Program-made: the position numbers and the translations under genes
In this document: piece after piece, positions 10,350 through 18,328 of the stretch
Numbering within the stretch: position 1 is the first letter of the stretch
Layout: every line of letters starts with the position of its first letter
Source of the DNA: an uncultured bacterium
GTDB taxonomy: Bacteria > Krumholzibacteriota > Krumholzibacteriia > Krumholzibacteriales > Krumholzibacteriaceae
Length of the DNA stretch: 64,000 bases
Reading direction: 5' to 3'
NCBI GenBank assembly: GCA_963786935.1
Contig: CAWBAN010000004.1
Span: forward strand, 64,001-128,000
Notes under the pieces: model-generated
Database searches by the model: none
What the model was told of the DNA's origin: nothing
The model's input: the letters and a program-made list of their open reading frames with translations, nothing else

Positions 10350-10727
10350 CGCAATTTGGAACGCATCTTCGCTCTGCACCTCGATCTCGCACCTGTGCGC
10401 AACTTGTTTGATGACAGCCGGTTTCTTTATGCCGGAACGTTTCTTGAAATGGATAAAAACCGTGCCGTTGTGAGCTGAGCCCGCGGTAGTCCGCGATGGC
10501 ACGGTTATTGATGTAGGATGAGTCAATACGCGACACGAAGGCCTGTTAGAGCCCGCGGTTGAGTGAGTTAGAAAAGGGTTCGGGGACCCCCATCGTCAGG
10601 AGCAGAGGCTGGACGTGGCGTCGTAAGGCCGAAGGATAATAGGCAGCAAGATCGCACCCTGTTACCCCTTCGGGACTCAGAAGGATGGATTGATCAAGGG
10701 GTTGGTTGATCCATCCTTCCTTATTTT
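10350..10727 (+). ncRNA. Putative structured non-coding RNA of about 375 nt, family not recognised
   Basis: Lies between a promoter and a terminator with no credible ORF; several helices with G-U pairs, GUAA and UUCG tetraloops. Confidence 0.65.
10680..10727 (+). terminator. Intrinsic terminator of the putative ncRNA
   Basis: GAAGGATGGAT...ATCCATCCTTC stem followed by CTTATTTT. Confidence 0.7.
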
Positions 10728-10762
10728 CGTTCGGTTCGAGGCAAAGAGTGCGGGGGCAAAGA

Positions 10763-10799
10763 GAAAGCGCCGGAGCGGGGTGGCCGCTCCGGCGCTTTC
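10763..10799. terminator. Perfect 16-bp hairpin, probable terminator of the thiolase operon
   Basis: GAAAGCGCCGGAGCGG-ggtgg-CCGCTCCGGCGCTTTC. Confidence 0.65.
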
Positions 10800-10890
10800 G
10801 TTTGTCGTTCCGCGCGTTCGCTCCGGGCCACCGCGAGGCGCGGCGTTTCCGTTGCCGGCCGCGCGCGGTTCCGGATCGCGCGAGATTCCC

Positions 10891-11367
10891 TCAGTCGATC
10901 GGGCCGAACCCGATGATGTCCTCGATCCCGCCCTTCCGCTGGCTCTTCGGCTTGAAGATCGCCTTCACCGGCAGGCCGAGCGCCACTTCCTCGATGCTGA
11001 TCCCCTCGAGGTAGTGGATGATGCCGCCGTCCGTGCCGTCGATCTTGATCATCGCGAGGATGCGCGGCCGGGCCTTATCCGAGCCGTCCATGTTCTTGAA
11101 CGTGACCGTGAAGGTGTCCACGTGCCCGACCGTGCCGACGTCGATGAACTTCGTCAGCTCCTCGAAGCAGCGGTCGCAGTAGATCTTCGGCGGCACGAAC
11201 GTTACGTCGCAGGCGTCGCAGCGCGTCCCGAGAAACGTCCCCTTGTCCTTGACGGCCCTGAAGAACGTCTCGCCGGCGAGCCCGTACGTGTAGACGTATC
11301 TGACCGGAATCTCCCCTTCCCAGAAGGTCGGGGTCGTCGTTTTCGTGATCTTTTCCGTGATCGCCAT
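10891..11367 (-). CDS. DUF35 Zn-ribbon/OB-fold protein
   Basis: CDAC...YCDRC Zn ribbon followed by OB fold; in the thiolase operon. Confidence 0.88.
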   Translation of the reverse strand: MAITEKITKTTTPTFWEGEIPVRYVYTYGLAGETFFRAVKDKGTFLGTRCDACDVTFVPPKIYCDRCFEELTKFIDVGTVGHVDTFTVTFKNMDGSDKARPRILAMIKIDGTDGGIIHYLEGISIEEVALGLPVKAIFKPKSQRKGGIEDIIGFGPID

Positions 11368-11379
11368 CGTGGTACCCCC

Positions 11380-11937
11380 TCAGCGCTTTCTTTTCGCGGC
11401 CGTCTTCTTCGGGGCGGCGGCGCGTATCGGCTTGAAGTAGAGGATGTCGGTGATCGCGCCCGTTCGTTCCTCGGGCTTCTTCCATACGGCGCGCACCTTC
11501 ATTCCGATCTCGACGTCGTCGGGGCCGATCTCTCCGAGCATGTGCAGAATCCCCATTCCCTTCGTCGCCCCGTCGATCTGGATCACCGCCGGGAGAAGCG
11601 GCGGCTCCTTGGGGCCGCGCCGCGAGGCGTCCCAGTTGACGCGGGCGACGCTGAACGTGTTCACGACCCCCGTGTCCTCGACGTAGGCCCACTCGTCCGT
11701 CGGGCGGAAGCACAGCTCGCAGAACATCCGCGGCGGCAGCATGATGCGGTGGCACTCGTGGCAGACGCGCGCGATGATTCGCCCCTCCTTGAGCTCGGCG
11801 AGGTAGCGTCCGATCGCCACCCCGTTGTCCCACGCGTAGCCGAGGTTGGGCGTCCACTCCGTCGTGAGGACCTTGCACTTCTCGAAATCGGAAGATTTGA
11901 GGTGCGTCCCTCCGAGTTTGCAGTCTTCCAGTTTCAT
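11380..11937 (-). CDS. DUF35 Zn-ribbon/OB-fold protein
   Basis: CHEC...PPRMFCELC; GAITDILYF. Confidence 0.88.
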   Translation of the reverse strand: MKLEDCKLGGTHLKSSDFEKCKVLTTEWTPNLGYAWDNGVAIGRYLAELKEGRIIARVCHECHRIMLPPRMFCELCFRPTDEWAYVEDTGVVNTFSVARVNWDASRRGPKEPPLLPAVIQIDGATKGMGILHMLGEIGPDDVEIGMKVRAVWKKPEERTGAITDILYFKPIRAAAPKKTAAKRKR

Positions 11938-11955
11938 TGATCCGCTCCTTGTTTA

Positions 11956-13119
11956 TCAGCTTCTCAGTACGATGACCGTTCCCATCTGCATGAGGTCTCC
12001 CCACGCCTGCGCGACGCCGCACGTGGGCTTGCCGGGCACCTGGCGCTTCCCCGCTTCCCCGCGGAGCTGCAGGAAGAGCTCGATGACCTTCATGAGCCCC
12101 GTCGCCGCGATCGGATTCCCGACGCCGAGCGCGCCGCCCGAGGGGCAGACGGGGAGATTGCCGTCGCGGGCCGTGTAGCCCTCGGCGGTGAGGCGGGCCG
12201 CCTCGCCGCGCGGGCAGAGCATGAGGCCCTCCATGTGGTGGAGCTCCTTGTAGTCGAACGGATCGTAGGGCTCGGCGATATGGATCTCCTTCGCCGGCTC
12301 CTTGATTCCCGCCATGTCGTAGGCCATCCGCGCCGCCGTTTCGACGTAGCGCGGGTAGGACAGATCGCGCGTCCCCCAGTAGGCCGTGTCGATCGACATG
12401 CCGACGCCGTCGATCCAGACCGGCTTGTCGGTGAGGCGCCGCGCGACGCGCTCGCTCGCGAGCACGACGGCCGCCGCGCCGTCGGAGGCCGGGCTGATGT
12501 CGAGCCGGTTCACCGGCCAGCAGAGGGTCTCGCTGTTGAGAACGTCCTCGACGGTGATCTCCTCGGCGACCTGGGCCGAGGGATGATCGAGGGCGTTGTG
12601 CTTGTTCTTGACCGCCACGCGGGCGATGTCCGCCTTCGTGATGCCGTACGTCTGCATGTAGCGGTTCATCTCGAGGGCGAAGATCCAGATGAGCGTGGGC
12701 TTCAGGGGCTGCTCCGTCGTGTGGTCGAATATCGTGAGGAACGCCCCCTGCGGATGCGGGTGGCAGGTCGACATCTTTTCCTCGGCGACGACGAGGCAGA
12801 TGTCCGCCATGCCGCTCGCCACGTGCATCCATCCGTGGATGGGGCTGAAGACCCCCGTGCCGCCGCCGACGTAGTGGCGCATGTACGGTTTCCGGTGGGC
12901 GCCCGCGCCGTCGGCGAGGTATTCCCCCTTCATGTGGACGCCGTCGAAGGCGTCCGGCGCCGTGCCGAGCGTCACCATGTCGACGTCGTCGAGCGTGAGA
13001 CCGCAGGAGTCGAGCGCCATCTTCGATGCCTGCCAGGACAGCTCCTTCCCCGTCTCCTGCGCGCGGCGCACGAACTTCGTGATGCCGGCTCCAACGATTG
13101 CTACCTTCCTCATTCCCAT
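11956..13119 (-). CDS. SCP-x/archaeal-type thiolase-fold protein lacking the nucleophilic Cys
   Basis: VAIVGAG, SDGAAAVVL, PSGGALGVGNP motifs. Confidence 0.85.
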   Translation of the reverse strand: MGMRKVAIVGAGITKFVRRAQETGKELSWQASKMALDSCGLTLDDVDMVTLGTAPDAFDGVHMKGEYLADGAGAHRKPYMRHYVGGGTGVFSPIHGWMHVASGMADICLVVAEEKMSTCHPHPQGAFLTIFDHTTEQPLKPTLIWIFALEMNRYMQTYGITKADIARVAVKNKHNALDHPSAQVAEEITVEDVLNSETLCWPVNRLDISPASDGAAAVVLASERVARRLTDKPVWIDGVGMSIDTAYWGTRDLSYPRYVETAARMAYDMAGIKEPAKEIHIAEPYDPFDYKELHHMEGLMLCPRGEAARLTAEGYTARDGNLPVCPSGGALGVGNPIAATGLMKVIELFLQLRGEAGKRQVPGKPTCGVAQAWGDLMQMGTVIVLRS

Positions 13120-13132
13120 TGCAGAAGACCTC

Positions 13133-14284
13133 CTACATGTTCGAAAGGATGGCGACCGCTCCCGTCGCGGTCGGAACGCCGCGCCAGACCTGCGCGAGGC
13201 CGATGTTCACGTCGGGGATCTGCCGGGCGCCCGCGTGGCCGCGGAGCTGCTCGACGAGCTCGAGGATCTTGTGCGCTCCGGAGGCCTCGAAAAGGTGACC
13301 GACCCCGAGCGCGCCCCCCGAAACGTTGATCGGAAGCCTTCCGGTGAAGCTGGTCGCGCCGCTCTCGAGGAGGTGCGCCGCCTCCCCCGGCCGGCAGAGC
13401 TTCAGCGCTTCCATGTGCTGGAGCTCCTTGTACGAATACTCGTCGCAGATCTCGGCGAAATCGACCATGCCCACGGGGTCGGCGATTCCCGCCATCTTAT
13501 ACGCCATCTCGGCGGCGATGCGGGCGTAGGCCGCCTCGCCCCAGTCGCGCATCTCGAGGGTCGGCGTGTCGGTGCACCAGCCGAGCCCCTCGACCCATAT
13601 GGGCGTGTCGGTGAGGGTGAGAGCCGTCTCCCCGTCCGCGAGAACCGCCACGACCGCGCCGTCCGCGTGCGGGGCGATGTCGAGGCGGTGGAGCGGCAGC
13701 GAGATCGGATCGGAGTTCATGACGTCACGCTCGGTGATGTCGGCGCCGAAGGCCGCGTAGGGATTCCGCATGGCGTTCCCCTTGTTCTTCACGACGACCT
13801 TCGCGCACTGCTCCGAGGAGGTGCACGTCTCGAACATATAACGCGTCATCTCGAGCCCCGCGATCGCGTGCGGCGTCTCGCGGAGCGGGCGGTTGTAGAC
13901 GGGATCGAACGCGAACCCCATGACCTCGTCCACGTTCTTGATGTTCGACGCCTTGCTGTGGGCCTCGACCGTGACCGTCTTGAACATGCCGGTCATGATC
14001 ATCATGTAGCCCGCGGCGAGCGCCTGGATGAAATCTCCGGGGATGGTGTGCGTCGGCTTGAGGACTGCGCCGATCTGATCGGGGCAGTACTCGTCGCAGA
14101 TGCTGTAGCCTTCGATGAAGTCCTCGGCGGCGGTGATGAAGCCGTCGATCTCGCTCGGCTCGATGCCGGCGTCCGTGTACGCCTTCCGGGCGGCCTCGAA
14201 GATGAGCTCCCGGTAGGAGACATCGGGTGTGACGGACCTGAATCCGGTGGTCCCGATGCCGACGATTGCGACTCGCTTGACCAT
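13133..14284 (-). CDS. Second thiolase-fold protein (degenerate)
   Basis: VAIVGIG, DGAVVAVL, NVSGGALGVGH motifs. Confidence 0.85.
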   Translation of the reverse strand: MVKRVAIVGIGTTGFRSVTPDVSYRELIFEAARKAYTDAGIEPSEIDGFITAAEDFIEGYSICDEYCPDQIGAVLKPTHTIPGDFIQALAAGYMMIMTGMFKTVTVEAHSKASNIKNVDEVMGFAFDPVYNRPLRETPHAIAGLEMTRYMFETCTSSEQCAKVVVKNKGNAMRNPYAAFGADITERDVMNSDPISLPLHRLDIAPHADGAVVAVLADGETALTLTDTPIWVEGLGWCTDTPTLEMRDWGEAAYARIAAEMAYKMAGIADPVGMVDFAEICDEYSYKELQHMEALKLCRPGEAAHLLESGATSFTGRLPINVSGGALGVGHLFEASGAHKILELVEQLRGHAGARQIPDVNIGLAQVWRGVPTATGAVAILSNM

Positions 14285-14500
14285 ACGTTCACCTCTCGAT
14301 CTACAGGTGCGGGCGAGACATTTTCGTAATGCCGGACTTGGGGAAAAAGAGCGGGAAAATTGTCTCATGAATTCGGACGGTGCGCAACAGGAATCTCCCG
14401 CGGCCGGGGCCGCCGTCGGCGCCCTGATGTAAAAAGGGCCCCCCCCTCCGGGAGAGAGCCCTTCTCGCAGCCCAGCACGGAGTAGTCGACGCGCTGGTCG

Positions 14501-15049
14501 CTAGAACAGACTCTTGATCGCGCCCCAGCTCGTTTCCTCGACGCCGATCTGCACGGGGCAGAGGATCGAGGTGAGCCCGATGATGGGGAAGAAATCGTTG
14601 TTGGGGAAGAACGTTCCCCGCAGCTCGCCGCTCGCCGGGTGCGGGCCGACGACGAGCGGGTAGTCCATGAGGCCTGCGCCGCACGGCGCGAGCGTCATGC
14701 CCTTGTACTGGCAGATCATGTTGTATCCCGGATCGAATCCGCTCAGCGGCGGCCAGAAGGCGAGCGAGTGTCCGCTCAGCGGGTCGCCCAGCTCAACGAC
14801 GACATTCGGCCCGAGCACCACGTCGCTGACGAGGAACATCCCGGTGGGGGGATAGACCAGCGAGTATTCCAGCGCCGTCACGAAGTAGTTCGCCCCATGG
14901 AGGTACAGATAGATATCGAAGAAGCTGAACGGCATGGGGTCATATGCCATTTTGCCGGGCCAGTAATCGAAATAGAGCCCCATCGTCGCCCCCCAGACCG
15001 AAGTCGTGGCGAAGATGACCAGGAAGCAAGTCAGTAGCAGCCGTTTCAT
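14501..15049 (-). CDS. Secreted hypothetical protein with a C-terminal W[GS]xIK motif
   Basis: Signal peptide; ends GVEETSWGAIKSLF; hairpin with U-tract at about 14430-14465. Confidence 0.8.
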   Translation of the reverse strand: MKRLLLTCFLVIFATTSVWGATMGLYFDYWPGKMAYDPMPFSFFDIYLYLHGANYFVTALEYSLVYPPTGMFLVSDVVLGPNVVVELGDPLSGHSLAFWPPLSGFDPGYNMICQYKGMTLAPCGAGLMDYPLVVGPHPASGELRGTFFPNNDFFPIIGLTSILCPVQIGVEETSWGAIKSLF

Positions 15050-15212
15050 GCCCGTCTCCTCTCGGTGTGTCGACCTATGTGTTTGTGATTGAGAGAGTTA
15101 TCCGGCGAGCCCTCACCTCCTCGAAGCGAAATGGTTTCCATGCGGCCGACGGTGAAAAGACACCACGGGTGCGGAGCGGGATGCGGGGCGGTTGTGGTGA
15201 TTTTACGGCGCA

Positions 15213-15241
15213 ATCATAGCACCAATCGGCCGAGAGGTCAA
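15213..15241 (-). promoter_or_regulatory. Sigma70 promoter
   Basis: TTGACC-17-TATGAT with extended TG. Confidence 0.6.
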
Positions 15242-15320
15242 GGGGGAAGCGCCGCCCGGCTGCCGCCCGGCGGGATCTCGCTCGCTGCGCTGCGACCTCG
15301 CTTGAACGGGCGATGCGAAG

Positions 15321-15351
15321 AAAAGGGCCGCCCCCTCGAGAGGGCGGCCCC
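15321..15351 (-). terminator. Intrinsic terminator
   Basis: GGGCCGCCC-tctcgagg-GGGCGGCCC followed by TTTT on the minus strand. Confidence 0.7.
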
Positions 15352-15390
15352 ACAGACCGAAGAATCGATCCGTTTCGCGGTCCCGGCGAT

Positions 15391-16341
15391 CTATTTATAC
15401 TGCTGCTTGATGTCGCTCCATGTGGTGGATTCCACGGAGACCTCGCCCGGCCTGATCGAGAAAGTCAAATCGTACCACCCGCACGTTCCATCGAGGTAGG
15501 CGTCCACGGCCACGTAGACCGTAATCGCCGTCGGACCGTTGTTCGCGTAGGTGACGACCTCGGGATCTCCGAAGAGCCCGTTGTCGGCGAACGCGACGCA
15601 CTGGAACGGCTCGGTGCACGTGCCCAGCACCCATATGGCGGGATCGAACTGCTCGCTGATCAGCGTGGCGGTGAAGCTGCTCCACGGGGCCATGGTGACG
15701 GCGTAGTAATCCTCGAGGCCGTTTTCGGGCCAGCTGTTGCAATCGAGCTGGCTCAGGAGATTCTCGCCGCCGGGGCACGAAGAAACGAAGAAAACGGTAT
15801 CGACGACCGCTTCCGCCATCTCGCAGAAGGAGGCCGGCGGAGGAAGCGGGGCGCCCGTGACCGTCAGGATGAACGGGCAGCCTTCCTCGCTGTAGCCGTC
15901 GACGACGAGGTAGATGTCGCCGGAGACGGGCTCCGTCGTGGCGAAGCCGGCGTCGACGACATCGATGCAGCCCGCGGCTTCATCGCACATGTTGAGGATG
16001 GCCAGATCGAGGTCGCAGCCTTGTCCCTCGATGGTGGCTTCGAACATGGCGGGCTCGCTCAGGTAGAGATGGAACACGACTTCTCCGCCCGGCTCGTACC
16101 AGGGGTTGCAGCCGTACGCCGCCACGTTGCTGATGAGCCCCGTGTTGTCGCCGTAATAGACGTTATTCAGGGTGATCTCGGTGGCTCCGGAGCAGTCGAG
16201 CAGGCCCGCCGCGGCGGCCGGCATGATCGTCTTCCCGGTCGGGACGTTCCCGATCGGCCTTATGGAGCTCTTCGAAATCTCCGCGTTCGCGGAAACCGCG
16301 AGAAGCATGATCCCGAGGACAGCGATAGCCATAAGCCTCAT
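15391..16341 (-). CDS. Secreted acidic Cys-rich protein with two PPC-like beta domains and a C-terminal W[GS]xIK motif
   Basis: Signal peptide; repeated YLVVDGY/YVAVDAY; ends SVESTTWSDIKQQYK. Confidence 0.8.
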   Translation of the reverse strand: MRLMAIAVLGIMLLAVSANAEISKSSIRPIGNVPTGKTIMPAAAAGLLDCSGATEITLNNVYYGDNTGLISNVAAYGCNPWYEPGGEVVFHLYLSEPAMFEATIEGQGCDLDLAILNMCDEAAGCIDVVDAGFATTEPVSGDIYLVVDGYSEEGCPFILTVTGAPLPPPASFCEMAEAVVDTVFFVSSCPGGENLLSQLDCNSWPENGLEDYYAVTMAPWSSFTATLISEQFDPAIWVLGTCTEPFQCVAFADNGLFGDPEVVTYANNGPTAITVYVAVDAYLDGTCGWYDLTFSIRPGEVSVESTTWSDIKQQYK

Positions 16342-16389
16342 GTTGTCCGACCTCCTCGAAACAGGGTGAAAGGAAAATAATTAAGAACA

Positions 16390-16513
16390 ATTATCACACA
16401 AATCGCAAGGAAAGTCAATGCAATTACTTGATTCCTGTGGGCTTGGATAAACAGGGTCGGGAGCATTCTGCCTTTTGACAAACTCCCCCAAAAGCAGTAG
16501 ATTTTGCTATAAT
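16390..16513. promoter_or_regulatory. Divergent sigma70 promoters
   Basis: Minus strand TTGACT-17-GATAAT (16418-16390); plus strand TTGACA (16475)-17-TAGATT, and TGCTATAAT (16505-13). Confidence 0.6.
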
Positions 16514-16611
16514 TTTAAGGTTGCGAAATATCGCATATCGGCCTGGGGTCTGCGGGCAACCGGCGGCGAAGGTGCCGCCATCGAAAACGCGAAGGGAGAA
16601 AAGGGATTATC

Positions 16612-18267
16612 ATGGCAAACGACGAGGCAAAGGGCGCTTCCGCCGCGACGCTCTCGAAAGATGTCGCCGCGAGGGTTATGAAGGCCGCGATCGCCGGCAA
16701 CCGCGTCACGCGGAGCCGCGAGGTCATCAACAATCTCGCGCTCAAGGATTTCACGACGATCGAGTCGCGGGGCACGCCGGACGTTCTCACGAAATACCAT
16801 AATCCGTCCTTCGTCTCGAAGGTCACGAACCGCTCGGCGGCCGTGACGGAAGTGTTCTTCGCCGTTCCCGACGAGCGGCAGAAGAAGATCATCGAGGCCG
16901 CGGGAGAATATCTCGAGAATTCCGGGGTGCAGCTCCTCGTCATGGACAAGCAGATGGGGCTTCATCCTGCTCATGCTCATCACTGCCGCACGATCGTAAC
17001 CGGGAAATACGCGCGGCTCCTCGTCATGTGGGACAAGCTGATCTTCAATCTGCCGGTGGAGGAGGAAGAAAAGGATCCGAGCCAGACGATCATCATGGTC
17101 CCCGAGTGGGGCGACGTGGCGAAAACGCTCGATCTCCCGCCGCGCACGATTCTCTGCGACGCGGTGAACCGCGTGACCTTCGTGCTCGGCACCGACTATT
17201 TCGGGGAGGTCAAGAAGGGGCACCTCCGCATGGCGATGTATCTCGAGAAGACGCGGTTCAAGGAGGGGAAGGGGGGCGGCCTCGGCGTGCACGCCGGCGG
17301 CAAGGTGATCCGCGCCTTCGACGAGAAGGCGAAGAAGCTCGAGGACAAGGGCGCCCTCTTCTTCGGCCTCAGCGGCACGGGGAAGACGACCCTCTCGGTG
17401 CACCACTTCTGGCTCGATCCCGCGAAAAAGGAGACGGTCGTCATCCGGCAGGACGACTTCTTCGTCATGACGGATGACGGGGCGGCCTTCGGCACCGAGG
17501 ACAATGCGTACATCAAGACGGAGGGGCTCGAGCCCGAGGGGCAGCCGCTCCTCTACACCGGGGCGATCAGCCCGTCGGCCATCCTCGAGAACGTCTACAC
17601 CGATCCGAAGACGCTCGACGTCGACTTCTTCCGCTACGACCACGCCTTCGGGGCGAAGGGGAAGTGCCTCAACGGCCGCGGCATCGTCGTGCGGCGCGAG
17701 CTCGATTTCACCGACAACCGGATCGATCTCGATCACGTCGATCTCATCTTCTTCATCACGCGGCGCGACACGATCGTGCCCCCGGCGGCGCGGCTCAATC
17801 CGGAGCAGGCCGCGGCGTTCTTCATGCTCGGCGAGTCGATCATCACCTCGGCCGCCGATCCGACGAAGGCGGGGCAGTCGGTGCGCGAGGTCGGGACGAA
17901 TCCGTTCATCGTGGGCTCCGAGGGGGAGGAGGGAAACCTCTTCTACCGGATCATCAAAGCGAATCCGAAGGTGCAGTGCTTCCTCCTCAACACGGGGGCG
18001 TTCGGCGGGCAGAAGATCAAGATCCAGGACTCCGCGGCGTTCATCCGCGAGATCGCGCGCTCGCGCGTCGAGTGGCGCAGGGACGAGACGTGGGGGTACG
18101 AGGTGCCCGCGTCGGTGCCCGGCGTGGACCTCGGCCGGTACGACGCGCGCCGCTTCTACAAGCCCGAGGAGATCGCGGCGTTCACCGAGACGCTGCGCGC
18201 CGAGCGCGTCGCGTGGCTCGCCAAGTTCAAGGATCTCGATCCCGTCATCGCGGGTGCCGTGAAGTAG
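16612..18267 (+). CDS. pckA: Phosphoenolpyruvate carboxykinase (ATP-type)
   Basis: YFGEVKKG, FFGLSGTGKTTLS P-loop, RQDD, ILENV, LLNTG. Confidence 0.9.
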   Translation: MANDEAKGASAATLSKDVAARVMKAAIAGNRVTRSREVINNLALKDFTTIESRGTPDVLTKYHNPSFVSKVTNRSAAVTEVFFAVPDERQKKIIEAAGEYLENSGVQLLVMDKQMGLHPAHAHHCRTIVTGKYARLLVMWDKLIFNLPVEEEEKDPSQTIIMVPEWGDVAKTLDLPPRTILCDAVNRVTFVLGTDYFGEVKKGHLRMAMYLEKTRFKEGKGGGLGVHAGGKVIRAFDEKAKKLEDKGALFFGLSGTGKTTLSVHHFWLDPAKKETVVIRQDDFFVMTDDGAAFGTEDNAYIKTEGLEPEGQPLLYTGAISPSAILENVYTDPKTLDVDFFRYDHAFGAKGKCLNGRGIVVRRELDFTDNRIDLDHVDLIFFITRRDTIVPPAARLNPEQAAAFFMLGESIITSAADPTKAGQSVREVGTNPFIVGSEGEEGNLFYRIIKANPKVQCFLLNTGAFGGQKIKIQDSAAFIREIARSRVEWRRDETWGYEVPASVPGVDLGRYDARRFYKPEEIAAFTETLRAERVAWLAKFKDLDPVIAGAVK

Positions 18268-18328
18268 CGCGGGGCGCGTGCTCGCGCCGACCCGCAACGC
18301 GGGTCCTGGTACTGATTGCACCCCGCGA

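Noticed and set aside
10350..10727. RNase P, tmRNA, SRP, 6S or a known riboswitch
   Set aside because: I found none of the hallmark sequences by eye, it is too long for 6S, and there is no same-strand downstream gene. An Rfam search is still needed.
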